32,640 nt of DNA from a virus (lineage: Duplodnaviria; Heunggongvirae; Uroviricota; Caudoviricetes), in the IMG/VR virus record IMGVR_UViG_2541047942_000003, positions 1 through 32,640 of that record. One strand, written 5' to 3'. Below the pieces are notes generated by a model. The model saw only the letters and a list, made by a program, of their open reading frames with translations. It ran no database searches and was not told where the DNA came from. The first letter of the stretch is position 1; every line of letters begins with the position of its first letter. Below, piece after piece: positions 7,615-17,199 of the stretch. A program made the translations under genes and the position numbers.

Positions 7615-9293
7615 TATGCAAACTCCTCGATAATACAAATCCCTGCAGCGCCTTTCCCGCCCGTCATACTGGTTCCGCTATAACCGGCATCGTATGCACC
7701 ACCGCCACCTGAACCATATGCCTTGCCGCTAACACCACCGCCAGCGCCTGCGCGTCCACCGCCCCCCCAGTACGATGTTCCGCCTTCACCGCTGACGCCG
7801 ATATTTCCGGACTGACCGTCGCCTCCACATCCACCAATGATGTTGATATCGCCAGTACTCGGCACACCTCCGTTACCACCGTTTGTGTTTGTGACTCCTG
7901 ACTTTCCGCCGCCTGCGCCACCAGGAGCAATTAACGATGCGAATACGCTATTCCCGCCCCTGGTGCCGTTCGTCGCACTAACACCACCGGCCCCACCTGC
8001 GCCGATAGTGACTGGATAACTATTCTGTGTCGGGGTCATTATTGAAATTATTGTTCCACCGGCCCCACCGCCAGCACCGAAAAACGTTTCATTATTGGAT
8101 ATAGCCTTGCAGCCGCCCCCTCCGCCACCGCCGCCCGTTATTGTGACCCTGATCCGTTTTGTTCCTGGTGTCGGGGTGTACGTACCTGATGACGTGAAAA
8201 CCCGGGTATTCACCAAGCGTCCCACGTATCCGCTTGTATCTCCCAAACCAAGATAATGAATAACCTCCTGTTTGCTTGTTTTAGCCAGAATATCCCGTCC
8301 AACATTAGTCAGGGTTGTCAGGCTGGCTGTATCATTCCCCGTAAAATACGGTAGTTTGTCTGCCGCAGTGGCAAGGCCTGCCAGTGCGGTCAGTGTGGCG
8401 TCGGCAGGTTGTTTTCCATTGGCAAGGTCATATACAGCCTTCACGGCTTTTGGTGTGGCAGCCTGCGTTTCTGACGTGCTGTTAGTGGCACTGCTGAGCT
8501 GGACAAGGCCTTTTCCCGCTGTGGTCGCGTCCTGTGCGGTATATTTCCCGTTAGCAAGGTCATATGCTGTCTTTACCGCCTTTGGCGTTGCCGCAAGCGT
8601 TTCAGAATCGCTGTTGGTGGCACTACTGAGCTGGACAAGACCTTTTCGCGCTGTGGTCGCGTCCTGTGCAGTATATTTCCCGTTAGCAAGGTCATACGCG
8701 ATCTTTACCGCTCTCGGCGTTGCGGCCAGTGTTTCAGACGTGCTGTTGGTTGCGCTGCTTAACTGAGTAAAACCTTTTGCGGTCAGCGATGCATCCGGGT
8801 GTCGTCGTGACTGTTCGTGTTCTGAGATTTTGTCATCCACATATTTACGGGTCGCCAGTACCACCGACGGATCGATTTTCAGCGTGATGGCTTCGGTATT
8901 CGAGACAACCAGAATCATGCGGATAGTCTGGGTACGACCACTGCCTTCCTGCAACTGCGGTTTGTACGTTTCCGGGCAGTTCGCCACCGCAATGAGTACG
9001 CCTTCATCATCATAAAGCCCAATCTCACGGATCCAGAATCCTCCCTCGTTTTCAGGGATAATTTGCTCCACAATAATCTGGCTCTGATTGTTAGGGTCAA
9101 CACTCAGAAGATTCAGCGGTGCAATGCGTTTCTGGTTAATCAGTTTTGTCTGTACCGGGTCTGGTGTCGGCAAGACACCATTCGCATCACCAACGGCCAT
9201 TTGCGTCAGATTCAGCTTACTGCCGAGCATCGTCGCGTTAGCCAGTCGTGCTGCGCCCTGATTAGTCAGAATGGCGTAGTATTTCACTGTCAT
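7614..9293 (-). CDS. H: Tail fiber protein gpH with internal tandem repeats and a glycine-rich C-terminal domain
   Basis: N-terminal part is P2 gpH-like; three tandem copies of a roughly 44-aa unit (QLSSATNS.SETLAATP.AVK.AYDLANGKYTAQDATTA); C-terminal 200 aa rich in GG/GGxGG. Confidence 0.85.
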   Translation of the reverse strand: MTVKYYAILTNQGAARLANATMLGSKLNLTQMAVGDANGVLPTPDPVQTKLINQKRIAPLNLLSVDPNNQSQIIVEQIIPENEGGFWIREIGLYDDEGVLIAVANCPETYKPQLQEGSGRTQTIRMILVVSNTEAITLKIDPSVVLATRKYVDDKISEHEQSRRHPDASLTAKGFTQLSSATNSTSETLAATPRAVKIAYDLANGKYTAQDATTARKGLVQLSSATNSDSETLAATPKAVKTAYDLANGKYTAQDATTAGKGLVQLSSATNSTSETQAATPKAVKAVYDLANGKQPADATLTALAGLATAADKLPYFTGNDTASLTTLTNVGRDILAKTSKQEVIHYLGLGDTSGYVGRLVNTRVFTSSGTYTPTPGTKRIRVTITGGGGGGGGCKAISNNETFFGAGGGAGGTIISIMTPTQNSYPVTIGAGGAGGVSATNGTRGGNSVFASLIAPGGAGGGKSGVTNTNGGNGGVPSTGDINIIGGCGGDGQSGNIGVSGEGGTSYWGGGGRAGAGGGVSGKAYGSGGGGAYDAGYSGTSMTGGKGAAGICIIEEFA

Positions 9294-9901
9294 GCGTTTA
9301 CTCTCAGGTTATCAATTAAATGAATGACCGAGGCCGGGAAATAATCCCCTCCGACAATAATGGCCTCCGGGGTGTAGGGATAAACCGTCAGGGCGTCACC
9401 GTGATAGCATCCCGTTCCGGCAAAAATGTTGCCGGTTGTACTTAAACTGATAGCCAGTCCCGTCAGATGGCGACTCGCCGGTTTTGCATCAGCAACGAGA
9501 CGTTCCAGCTCCAGATACATTTCTTCGGTAATACCCTGCTCAAGCACGCCAACAACGATACGGAACGTCCCCGGCTCCTCGTTGAGCTGCCACCACTCCC
9601 TCACTTCAATCAGATAGCCGAGCGGCTCCACAACACGCCGGATTGCGCCGACAGTACCCTTATGACAGTGGATGAAATAGGCATCGCGGATAACGGTGCG
9701 TTTTGTCGCTTCCGGCCACTTTTCATCCCACCTGTCGACCGAAAAGGCCCACGCCAGCCACGGCAGCAGATTTGCCGGGCAGGTGTCCGGGTTCCACAGC
9801 TCACGAATACTGACCGGCGTTTTTTCAATTTCTGCACAGGCTTTCGCGGCAGCAATTTCAAGCGGTGATGAGCCGGTCGGCAGCAGGCGCGAATCACTCA
9901 T
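9290..9901 (-). CDS. I: Baseplate protein gpI
   Basis: 203-aa translation matches P2 gpI; synteny. Confidence 0.88.
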   Translation of the reverse strand: MSDSRLLPTGSSPLEIAAAKACAEIEKTPVSIRELWNPDTCPANLLPWLAWAFSVDRWDEKWPEATKRTVIRDAYFIHCHKGTVGAIRRVVEPLGYLIEVREWWQLNEEPGTFRIVVGVLEQGITEEMYLELERLVADAKPASRHLTGLAISLSTTGNIFAGTGCYHGDALTVYPYTPEAIIVGGDYFPASVIHLIDNLRVNA

Positions 9902-10802
9902 CCGAGCCTCCGGTCACGACGTGGTATTCGGTACAGAAAGACGCCTGCGTACTGTTGAGCACGATATCGGCCAGTGGTGCAGCCAGTTCGACACGCTGCA
10001 CGCCTTCCACATGCAAAGCGGCATAAATGGCAGACAGACGGATGTCGCGCCCCAGCCGGTGCTGTGCCGTGATATATGCTTCCAGTTTTTTCACGGCGGC
10101 CGCGCGGATGGGTTCGCTTTCGGGACCAGGGTAAAGGTAAAGCGTGGCGTTTATCTGGTATTCAACAATGGCGGCAGACTGCACGGTCACGCGGTCGGCC
10201 ACCGGTCTGACGTCCTCGCCATTAAGGGCGTTACGCACCACGGCCAGCAGGTCTTCGGATGCGACGCCGTTATTTTCACGTGACAGCACAGAGATGGTGA
10301 CGCAGGCCGGAGACGGACTGGTGACAGAGATATCCGCGACGCGCCCGTCGGCACTGCGACCATGATACTGATAGGCACCCACCGACCCGGCGACGCTTAA
10401 ACCCTCAAACGCCTGCTGAATACGCAGACGATAATCGGTGTCAGACTCCATCACTGCCGGTGTCGGCGGGATGGTCGAATCATCTGCCGGGGTGATAATC
10501 AGGCGCGTGGTGTTGTAATTGGCACCAATCACATCAAGGTCATTACCGGCGGCACAGGCCAGCATTACCGCCCGTGCGGCCTCATTCACACGCTGACGCC
10601 AGATAAGCTCACGATAAGCATTTTCCTCCAGCAGTTTGACGAGAGGCTCAGATTCCAGCGTCAGGGTACGGGCGACCGCCTCCTGCTGGTCTTCCGGGTA
10701 AAGGGAAATCAGTGTCGCCTTGCGTTCGGCGAGAATGGTTTCAAAGTCCAGCTCCTCGACCACATCCGGTGCGGGTAGCTGGTTCAGGTCGATAATCGGC
10801 AT
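9894..10802 (-). CDS. J: Baseplate wedge protein gpJ
   Basis: 302-aa translation matches P2 gpJ. Confidence 0.9.
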   Translation of the reverse strand: MPIIDLNQLPAPDVVEELDFETILAERKATLISLYPEDQQEAVARTLTLESEPLVKLLEENAYRELIWRQRVNEAARAVMLACAAGNDLDVIGANYNTTRLIITPADDSTIPPTPAVMESDTDYRLRIQQAFEGLSVAGSVGAYQYHGRSADGRVADISVTSPSPACVTISVLSRENNGVASEDLLAVVRNALNGEDVRPVADRVTVQSAAIVEYQINATLYLYPGPESEPIRAAAVKKLEAYITAQHRLGRDIRLSAIYAALHVEGVQRVELAAPLADIVLNSTQASFCTEYHVVTGGSDE

Positions 10803-10806
10803 GGTT

Positions 10807-11154
10807 TCAACTCACAGGGATGGTTAACGAAAGTGGCTGGCCGGTGTCGTTGTGCTGACCGGTTAACGTGACCGTCATTCGCCCGTCAAAACTGCGCGCC
10901 GTGGTGACGGATGACAGGGTGACGCGGGGTTCCCATTTCAGCACTGCCATGTAACAGGCGACCTTAATCTGCAACTCAAGCGCCGGAGTCTGCGGCTGGT
11001 CAATCATTGACGCCAGCAACGAGCCGTAATCACGACGCATCACCCGTGAGCCGACCGGTGTGCGCAGGATATCGCCGATACTCTGGCTGATATGCTCAAG
11101 GTCAGTGACCGTCAGGCCATCACTGCGATTCATTCCGAGATAACGCGCTGTCAT
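10807..11154 (-). CDS. W: Baseplate protein gpW (gp25-like)
   Basis: 115-aa translation matches P2 gpW. Confidence 0.9.
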   Translation of the reverse strand: MTARYLGMNRSDGLTVTDLEHISQSIGDILRTPVGSRVMRRDYGSLLASMIDQPQTPALELQIKVACYMAVLKWEPRVTLSSVTTARSFDGRMTVTLTGQHNDTGQPLSLTIPVS

Positions 11155-11786
11155 AAAGGACTCCCGGTTGTGCCGCCGCTGTCGCCGGGGTGTTTGTGGG
11201 TATGCAGTACCTTACCGTTTGATGAGAGTTCACCGCCGGTGTGTTCAATGTTGCCGCGCATCGTCCCGCCCTTCTGCACTTCCAGCGTGCCGGTAGTCAG
11301 TTTGTTAGTGCAGACCACTTCCGGTGTGTCCAGGGTGACACGGGTTGACGCTTTCACCGTGACCACCGGTACCGTGGCAGTAACAGAATCAGAAGCCGTC
11401 ACGCTGGCCGTTTTAATTCCGCTTACCGTGAGTGCACTGGTTTCGGGTTCATACTCAATCACCGCCCCGTCAGGGAAACGGATATGCAGGGCATCCGCCG
11501 ACGCAGACGGCGCGCGGTTATCGCCGGAATAAATCCCCGGCAGAACGAACGCCGTGTCGAGTTCACCGCCCACGGCCAGAATCAGCACCTGTTCCCCCAC
11601 GGAAGGTGCCCACCATGTGCGCGAACGTCCGGCGCGATGGGTCAGCCACTGAAGCCAGTCGGTGCACATGCCGCCGGTCTGCACACGGCAGCGACCGGCG
11701 TTAAGGTCGGTTTCGACGATAATGCCGGTGCGGATCATGTTGCGCAGTGCGCGCGCGAGTTCCTGAATATTTGCGAGAGTGTTCAT
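11151..11786 (-). CDS. V: Baseplate spike protein gpV
   Basis: 211-aa translation matches P2 gpV. Confidence 0.9.
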   Translation of the reverse strand: MNTLANIQELARALRNMIRTGIIVETDLNAGRCRVQTGGMCTDWLQWLTHRAGRSRTWWAPSVGEQVLILAVGGELDTAFVLPGIYSGDNRAPSASADALHIRFPDGAVIEYEPETSALTVSGIKTASVTASDSVTATVPVVTVKASTRVTLDTPEVVCTNKLTTGTLEVQKGGTMRGNIEHTGGELSSNGKVLHTHKHPGDSGGTTGSPL

Positions 11787-11852
11787 AACGGGAAGGATGC
11801 CGCCGGGTCATACCGGCGGCAATGTGACGATGAGGTGTCGGGAATGGCACAA

Positions 11853-12305
11853 CTAACGGTCGAGGTGCGCCAGAATAATCTCTTCAATCATCTGCACATC
11901 CTCACCGGTAAAGCCGAGCAGAGGACGCGCCGGATAATCAATTTTCTTACCGTCTTTCCGGGTTTCTTCCGACAGACCGAACTGATGCACACTGGCGATT
12001 TTCGGCGACTTCCCGCCGTAAAATTCCATTGATGCCTGTTCCGGGCTGGCGCGGATATGCAAAAAACGACTGGTGATAAGTTTCGCAAACATTTTTCGCT
12101 TAACACGACCAGTCTTTTTTCTGGCGCTCTGCTGCTGGCGTGGCGCGTAGGGTGTGCCGTCCGGGGCTTTCTGTGCCATCACCCGACGCTGCTGACTCTG
12201 ACGCAGACGTTTCGCCAGTTCGGCACTCAGTCGCCGACGCCCTGACGGTGACAGCGATTCAATCAGTCCGGTCAGCCGGTCTTCAAAACGCTTAAACTCA
12301 TTCAT
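11853..12305 (-). CDS. S: Tail completion / virion morphogenesis protein gpS
   Basis: 150-aa translation matches P2 gpS. Confidence 0.88.
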   Translation of the reverse strand: MNEFKRFEDRLTGLIESLSPSGRRRLSAELAKRLRQSQQRRVMAQKAPDGTPYAPRQQQSARKKTGRVKRKMFAKLITSRFLHIRASPEQASMEFYGGKSPKIASVHQFGLSEETRKDGKKIDYPARPLLGFTGEDVQMIEEIILAHLDR

Positions 12306-12765
12306 CCCACTTGCTCACCAGTTCGCCATTGATATAAAGCTCCATCGGGCGGGTGACCGGCTCCGGCGGCGTGGGTTCCGGGATATTCTTCACATGCAGC
12401 GCGCCGTCCACCTCACTGACCAGCGTGCGCTCGGTCAGCATCAGGCTGATGCTGATATCAAAGCTGCTGTCATTGTTGATGTCTGCATAAAACGTGAAAC
12501 CTTTTTTCTGGCCTTCGTCGGTGGTCATGATGTCGGGCTGATTTTCCCGCAGCCACGCCAGCACCGGCACGATGAGCAGGTCAAAATCACCGGTAAAGTC
12601 GGTCACAATGATATTGAGCGTGTAACGCTTTTCGAATGACAGCGACGTCGCCAGTGTGGAGGCAATACTCCCGTTATCCACGAATATCCGCAGCATCTCG
12701 GGGCTGGTTTTCAGCACCGTGACGGCATCAGTCAGTGCCCTGCGCAGGCTGTCGGGTTTGAGCAT
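12298..12765 (-). CDS. R: Tail completion protein gpR
   Basis: 155-aa translation matches P2 gpR. Confidence 0.88.
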   Translation of the reverse strand: MLKPDSLRRALTDAVTVLKTSPEMLRIFVDNGSIASTLATSLSFEKRYTLNIIVTDFTGDFDLLIVPVLAWLRENQPDIMTTDEGQKKGFTFYADINNDSSFDISISLMLTERTLVSEVDGALHVKNIPEPTPPEPVTRPMELYINGELVSKWDE

Positions 12766-13018
12766 CGTTTTCGTCCTGACAGTGTTTAATCATTTTTACC
12801 TGGCTGGCACAGCGTGCCAGCGCGTTCTCAAGCTGCCGGATATCGGCACTTAAATCACCGTTCGTCTCCGGGTCGCTGCCCGGCATCGGGCAAAGACTCA
12901 CTTTCGGGCAGGCGTTGGCGACAATCACTGGCGTCAGTGCAGGCCGGACGCTGGTGCAACCGGCGCACAGCATCAGGCAGGTCAGCGCCGTACCAGCGGC
13001 GAAAATCTTCGTTTTCAT
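12728..13018 (-). CDS. lysC: LysC, Rz1-like outer-membrane spanin lipoprotein, about 96 aa
   Basis: Internal start MKTKIFAAGTALTCLMLCAGC with a lipobox (LCAGC); lies in the +1 frame inside the 3' half of lysB and runs into R, as in P2. Start chosen by me at the ATG ending at 13018. Confidence 0.65.
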   Translation of the reverse strand: MKTKIFAAGTALTCLMLCAGCTSVRPALTPVIVANACPKVSLCPMPGSDPETNGDLSADIRQLENALARCASQVKMIKHCQDENDAQTRQPAQGTD

Positions 13019-13298
13019 TGAGTAACCTCGTGATGGTTTTCTCGCGCTGTGCTTCACGCTTCGCGGCGTTCTCCAGTTCCTGACGCAGTGCCACCTGCGC
13101 CAGCTCGTTTTTGTCTGCCCTGGTGAGGGCAACATGAAGCTGATTTTTCAGCATGGTGATGGTCGTCTGCTGTTCACTGGCGACGTTATTCGCCCTGTCC
13201 AGCGAGGCGCGCAGGCTGGCATTTTTGTGTTTCACCAGAAACAGACCGGTCACCGCCAGCGATAACAACACGACCAGCACAATCATCAGCTTTGACAT
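12855..13298 (-). CDS. lysB: LysB, Rz-like inner-membrane spanin
   Basis: 147 aa with an N-terminal TM segment (MSKLMIVLVVLLSLAVTGLFLV) then a charged coiled-coil region; position after lysA. Confidence 0.8.
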   Translation of the reverse strand: MSKLMIVLVVLLSLAVTGLFLVKHKNASLRASLDRANNVASEQQTTITMLKNQLHVALTRADKNELAQVALRQELENAAKREAQREKTITRLLNENEDFRRWYGADLPDAVRRLHQRPACTDASDCRQRLPESESLPDAGQRPGDER

Positions 13299-13711
13299 AG
13301 TTCCCGCCCCTCAAGACGCTGACGACAGGCTTTACGTATCAGCCGGAAAAACAGCGATGCCACGAGATAAATCAGTGCGGTAAAAATCCACCCGGCAGCG
13401 ACCAGCGAGATAAACGTCACCACCATCACCACCAGAGCCGCCGCCCGTCTGCACCACGGCACCGGCTGCAAAAACAGCGACGTGACAATCTTCACGGCCA
13501 GCGATTCCGGTGGCAGCTCCCGCCCGTAGCGTTCCAGCACATACTCAGTGGCATACACGCCGACACCACCGGCAACCACACAGATAACCGTCGCCAGAAT
13601 CGCCCAGGCGGCGACAAAATTGGCGGCCACGCTCTGCGGGTAAATCAGGGACAGTGCCAGCATCAGCGCCAGCGACACGTTCAGCATCAGTGAAAGGGAT
13701 AATTTCTTCAT
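13286..13711 (-). CDS. lysA: LysA, membrane protein of the lysis cassette
   Basis: 141 aa with several hydrophobic helices; P2 LysA-like sequence and position. Confidence 0.8.
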   Translation of the reverse strand: MKKLSLSLMLNVSLALMLALSLIYPQSVAANFVAAWAILATVICVVAGGVGVYATEYVLERYGRELPPESLAVKIVTSLFLQPVPWCRRAAALVVMVVTFISLVAAGWIFTALIYLVASLFFRLIRKACRQRLEGRELCQS

Positions 13712-13725
13712 GGTGTTTACTCCGT

Positions 13726-14223
13726 TTAAGCCGGTACGCCGCCAGCGGTACGCCAGACGGTGACCAGTTTTTCCAGTGAATGCTCACGCTGACCGTAACC
13801 GGCACCCGGCAGGGACGCCCAGATATTTCGACAGCGTGAAATGGCGCGCTCAATGCGTCCCGCCCGGATGTCATCCAGCGCACCGCGTTCGCGGATCAAC
13901 TGAATGGCGAGTCTGTCCTGCGACAACGGACTGAAATCCGGCAGGGCAAGCTGTTTGCGGTAATGCGGCCAGAACAGGTAAAGCTGCTGATAGCGACCGG
14001 AGGCCGTGGATTTTTCACCGCGACGGTTAAACACCTTCGCCGGTCGGCCATGCGCGAACGGGTGGTCACTGTAGTCGGTGAAGATTTCCGGCTTCCCGTC
14101 CAGTCCGGTGACTATCACGTCATAGCCCCGGTTTTTCGTCAGCGGATGATTCGCCGTCCCTTCGGACACGGCCAGCATGTCGAGAAAGGCGGCGATATTC
14201 TGATGCGTGTTAATTACCGGCAT
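13726..14223 (-). CDS. K: Endolysin gpK
   Basis: 165-aa translation matches P2 gpK; sits between holin and lysA. Confidence 0.88.
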   Translation of the reverse strand: MPVINTHQNIAAFLDMLAVSEGTANHPLTKNRGYDVIVTGLDGKPEIFTDYSDHPFAHGRPAKVFNRRGEKSTASGRYQQLYLFWPHYRKQLALPDFSPLSQDRLAIQLIRERGALDDIRAGRIERAISRCRNIWASLPGAGYGQREHSLEKLVTVWRTAGGVPA

Positions 14224-14504
14224 TACTGTTTCCCCCTGCCCTTAAAGCGGCGCTGAATGGCAATCTCAATCACCTGATAACCGGCGATACCCAGCATGGA
14301 GCCGATGCCGCACACCGCAGGCAGTGACAGGTCAGGAAACTGCACCAGAACAACACCGGCAACCATCGAGACAAAACCACCGAGCAACATGCGCCCGATA
14401 AACAGACGCGGGGTGATGGGTTCACCACCGGCAAGCACCTTGCCGACAACAATCAGCACCCCAATCATGAAAAGCGACAGGACGCTTTTTTCTTCTGCTG
14501 TCAT
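14223..14504 (-). CDS. Y: Holin gpY
   Basis: 93 aa with hydrophobic TM segments and a charged C-terminus; P2 gpY-like. Confidence 0.88.
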   Translation of the reverse strand: MTAEEKSVLSLFMIGVLIVVGKVLAGGEPITPRLFIGRMLLGGFVSMVAGVVLVQFPDLSLPAVCGIGSMLGIAGYQVIEIAIQRRFKGRGKQ

Positions 14505-14507
14505 GCG

Positions 14508-14711
14508 TTACTCCCACAGATTGACAGTTTCAGCCACGGGCGCGGTCTGAACGTCGGGCAGTTCGACGGCGGTGCCGTGCGGCAGCACCGCCCCCAGTTC
14601 AGCCAGTCCCGGATTTGCGGCGAGCACGGTCTCAACCACGCCCTCAGTGCGCCCGTAATACCGGACACAAATGGCGTCGAGCGTGTCGCCCTGTAGCGCA
14701 AAGGTCTTCAT
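14508..14711 (-). CDS. X: Tail protein gpX (LysM-like), 67 aa
   Basis: Translation MKTFALQGDTLDAICVRYYGRTEGVVETVLAANPGL... from the internal ATG; its start overlaps the L stop. The track ORF start at 14780 is an upstream extension. Confidence 0.85.
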   Translation of the reverse strand: MKTFALQGDTLDAICVRYYGRTEGVVETVLAANPGLAELGAVLPHGTAVELPDVQTAPVAETVNLWE

Positions 14712-15220
14712 CAGATTTGACTCACGATGCAGCGCGGCTTGTCCTGGATACGCGCCACCGCCCAGCGCATATCCCGCCACAGTTCATCAATGGTGCTGTC
14801 AATGCTGTCAGCCTTCTTGTCGCCTTTCGCACTGGCATCCACACCGCGATAACGCTCATAAAGCGATGCGGTCGCCATCGCACACACGGCGCGCTCGTAG
14901 TAAAAAACTTTGATGCTTTCACCGTCGATGTCGTCCGCCGGGACGTCCGCCAGACGCGTAAAACCGGCAGCAATTTTCTGTTCGCGGTACTCGTACAGCT
15001 CCGCATTCGTCTCCGCCATGCCTGACTTGATGGCCTCACGCAGACGGGCGGGGGCGACGGTCTGCTCAAGGCGCATACGTTCCCGGACGCGCTTCGGGTC
15101 GATATCGGGAAAAAAGAACGTGTTTTTAATCACCGGCTCGTCGCCTGCCGGTTGCGGGATGACCACCGTACCCTCACCGGACACGGGAGCCTCCTTTCGC
15201 GGAATAATCAGCGTCATCAT
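14711..15220 (-). CDS. L: Head completion protein gpL, 169 aa
   Basis: Translation from MMTLIIPRKEAPVSGEGTVV... matches P2 gpL; start taken at the internal ATG ending at 15220. Confidence 0.85.
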   Translation of the reverse strand: MMTLIIPRKEAPVSGEGTVVIPQPAGDEPVIKNTFFFPDIDPKRVRERMRLEQTVAPARLREAIKSGMAETNAELYEYREQKIAAGFTRLADVPADDIDGESIKVFYYERAVCAMATASLYERYRGVDASAKGDKKADSIDSTIDELWRDMRWAVARIQDKPRCIVSQI

Positions 15221-15319
15221 GACTACCTCTGAAAAGTCGGGCGGTGGACGCCGGTGCAGTGTCAGGTGATTCACCCTCACTGACCGGCGTGCCGCCCTGG
15301 CGCGGGGCGCATTCGGTTG

Positions 15320-16063
15320 TTAACTGGCTTTCTTTTTCGGGCGTCCACGTTTTGCCGGTGTCACGCTCCGGGTCTTACGCGGGGCGCGGGTGGCCGCTTT
15401 GGGCTGCGGCTCCGGCTTCGGTTTCAGCTCCCGCTCCAGTCGTTCAATCTCTTTTTTGACACCTGCCTGACAGTCGAGCTGTGTCGCACGTTGCAGGTGA
15501 GCCAGCGCACCGGCGGCATCACCACCATCACGCAGAAGCAGACCGGTGATTTTGTGCAGCTTTGCGCGCACTTCATCAGGCATGTCAGCCGTGGCGGTCA
15601 GTTCAAGGGTCTCCGTCAGCAGGCGGGTATCCACAGACTCACCGGCAGCGTGGGCGCGCATGGCCGCGAGCGCCACCTCCTCGGTGAACATGTATGGCGG
15701 GGTGCGGCGGTGTTTACCCGGCATGGTCAGACCGTACTTCAGGGCATAACGGGCAATCTCCAGCGCACCGCCAATATCGCCGGTATCCAGACGCCACAGC
15801 ATGACCGTCATCAGAATGTCATCCTGTGCACCTTTGCCCTGCTCCAGCACGCCGTTCACCCACGGCAACCAGAACGGCAGCAGTTCGCGTTTTTTCGCGG
15901 CCTTCAGCTCTTTTGAATAAATCGCTTTCAGTGTGCGCTGGTCTGCGGCCAGCTTGACCAGCATCTGCTCATAGACAGTTGCATGTCGCAGCGGGGCGGC
16001 TTCCCGCTGCGCGGTCATCGCTGCCGAGACCCGCATCATGTGGCGCTGTGCGGGACTCGTCAT
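15320..16063 (-). CDS. M: Terminase endonuclease (small) subunit gpM
   Basis: 247-aa translation MTSPAQRHMMRVSAAMTAQREAAPL... matches P2 gpM. Confidence 0.9.
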   Translation of the reverse strand: MTSPAQRHMMRVSAAMTAQREAAPLRHATVYEQMLVKLAADQRTLKAIYSKELKAAKKRELLPFWLPWVNGVLEQGKGAQDDILMTVMLWRLDTGDIGGALEIARYALKYGLTMPGKHRRTPPYMFTEEVALAAMRAHAAGESVDTRLLTETLELTATADMPDEVRAKLHKITGLLLRDGGDAAGALAHLQRATQLDCQAGVKKEIERLERELKPKPEPQPKAATRAPRKTRSVTPAKRGRPKKKAS

Positions 16064-16066
16064 CGG

Positions 16067-17140
16067 TTACGCTCCCGGCTCTGCGGTCGCTTTAGCCGGT
16101 GTGGAGAAATCACCGACCTTAATTTTTTCCACCAGACAACCGGCGGCGTAGTCCTCCACCACGTAATCAATGTTCATTGACTCGTAGTTCTCCACGCGAT
16201 CGAGTTTCGGGTTTTCCTCAATCACGCGGCGATGGCTGTCATCCATGTAGTAGATGGACAGGTTTTCCAGCTTCGTGATGAGCATCGCATCAGCCGGGAA
16301 GTACGGGACGCGTACCGCTGGCAGGTTGCCGATGCGTTTCTGGCTGATGATGACGTCAGCGGCCAGCATTTCGCTGTTGTCCTGCTCCTTGTTGACGATG
16401 GGAAAATACTTGTCCGCCAGTAGCTGACGTCCCACAATCACCACAAGGTCAGGGTCTTCCTGATACCACGGCTCAATCAGGTTGTTGGTCGCATCCATCA
16501 CCAGTGCATCAAGGCTGGCATAATCACCGCCCTTACCCACGCGGATGACCTCAGAGGTGGTGTGCCCTTCCTCGTCAGTGACCTTGCTCATCACGCGCGC
16601 CGGAGCTTCATTGCGGTATTTCTGCAGCCAGCCGACCGCCACATCCTGCAGCATCGGGTTACTGCTGCGGTCAGAGGTTTCGGCACGCTTCACGCCGTTA
16701 AAACCGGCCATGATTAAATCAAGGGACTGGCGTTTGATAATGGCGTTACGGACACGGAGCTGGAAATCCTGATAACGCGCCCACAGGTCCAGCGTTTTGT
16801 AGCGGATATAAAAATCGAAGTTAATCTGGTCGCATTCGTACTTGTTTGACGCCAGCTTCGAGAAGTCCTTCGGCTGACGCTCGGTGCCACCGGCGGTGTC
16901 GGTGGTGCTGGCGATGGAGCCGGTGACACCAATACCAATTTTTTCCCCTTTCATTTCGCTGACCGGCACAATGTTGATGCGGGTCAGAAAGTCAGAGGAC
17001 TCCTGCATGGTGTTCATCAGGGTCTGGGTGACCGACGGTTCAACGGTGAATTTTTTCGACACATCACCGGCGTCGATGCCGTTCAATTCGGCAACACGGG
17101 ACAGGTAAGCATTAAATTTAAAGCGGGTTTCCTGGCGCAT
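16067..17140 (-). CDS. N: Major capsid protein gpN
   Basis: 357-aa translation matches P2 gpN. Confidence 0.92.
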   Translation of the reverse strand: MRQETRFKFNAYLSRVAELNGIDAGDVSKKFTVEPSVTQTLMNTMQESSDFLTRINIVPVSEMKGEKIGIGVTGSIASTTDTAGGTERQPKDFSKLASNKYECDQINFDFYIRYKTLDLWARYQDFQLRVRNAIIKRQSLDLIMAGFNGVKRAETSDRSSNPMLQDVAVGWLQKYRNEAPARVMSKVTDEEGHTTSEVIRVGKGGDYASLDALVMDATNNLIEPWYQEDPDLVVIVGRQLLADKYFPIVNKEQDNSEMLAADVIISQKRIGNLPAVRVPYFPADAMLITKLENLSIYYMDDSHRRVIEENPKLDRVENYESMNIDYVVEDYAAGCLVEKIKVGDFSTPAKATAEPGA

Positions 17141-17199
17141 AGTTTTTCCTGAAAATTAAGGGTTAATCGTGAAGGTTTTCCCGGACTGACTGACGCCGG

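Noticed and set aside
7664-8019. Glycine/proline-rich overlapping ORFs and repetitive DNA in the H 3' region; considered CRISPR or another repeat element
   Set aside because: Repeats are coding (Gly-rich tail fiber domain) with no regular repeat-spacer organisation.
8272-8766. 164-aa + strand ORF with internal repeats
   Set aside because: The repeats are the antisense image of the tail fiber H tandem repeats, not an independent gene or a CRISPR array.
9467-10283. + strand ORFs of 133 and 195 aa across I and J
   Set aside because: Antisense to the conserved baseplate genes.
11484-12032. 182-aa + strand ORF across V and S
   Set aside because: Antisense shadow ORF; Arg-rich translation typical of GC-rich antisense frames.
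14615-15916. Several + strand ORFs (136, 119 and 199 aa) across X, L and M
   Set aside because: Antisense to well-supported head and terminase genes.
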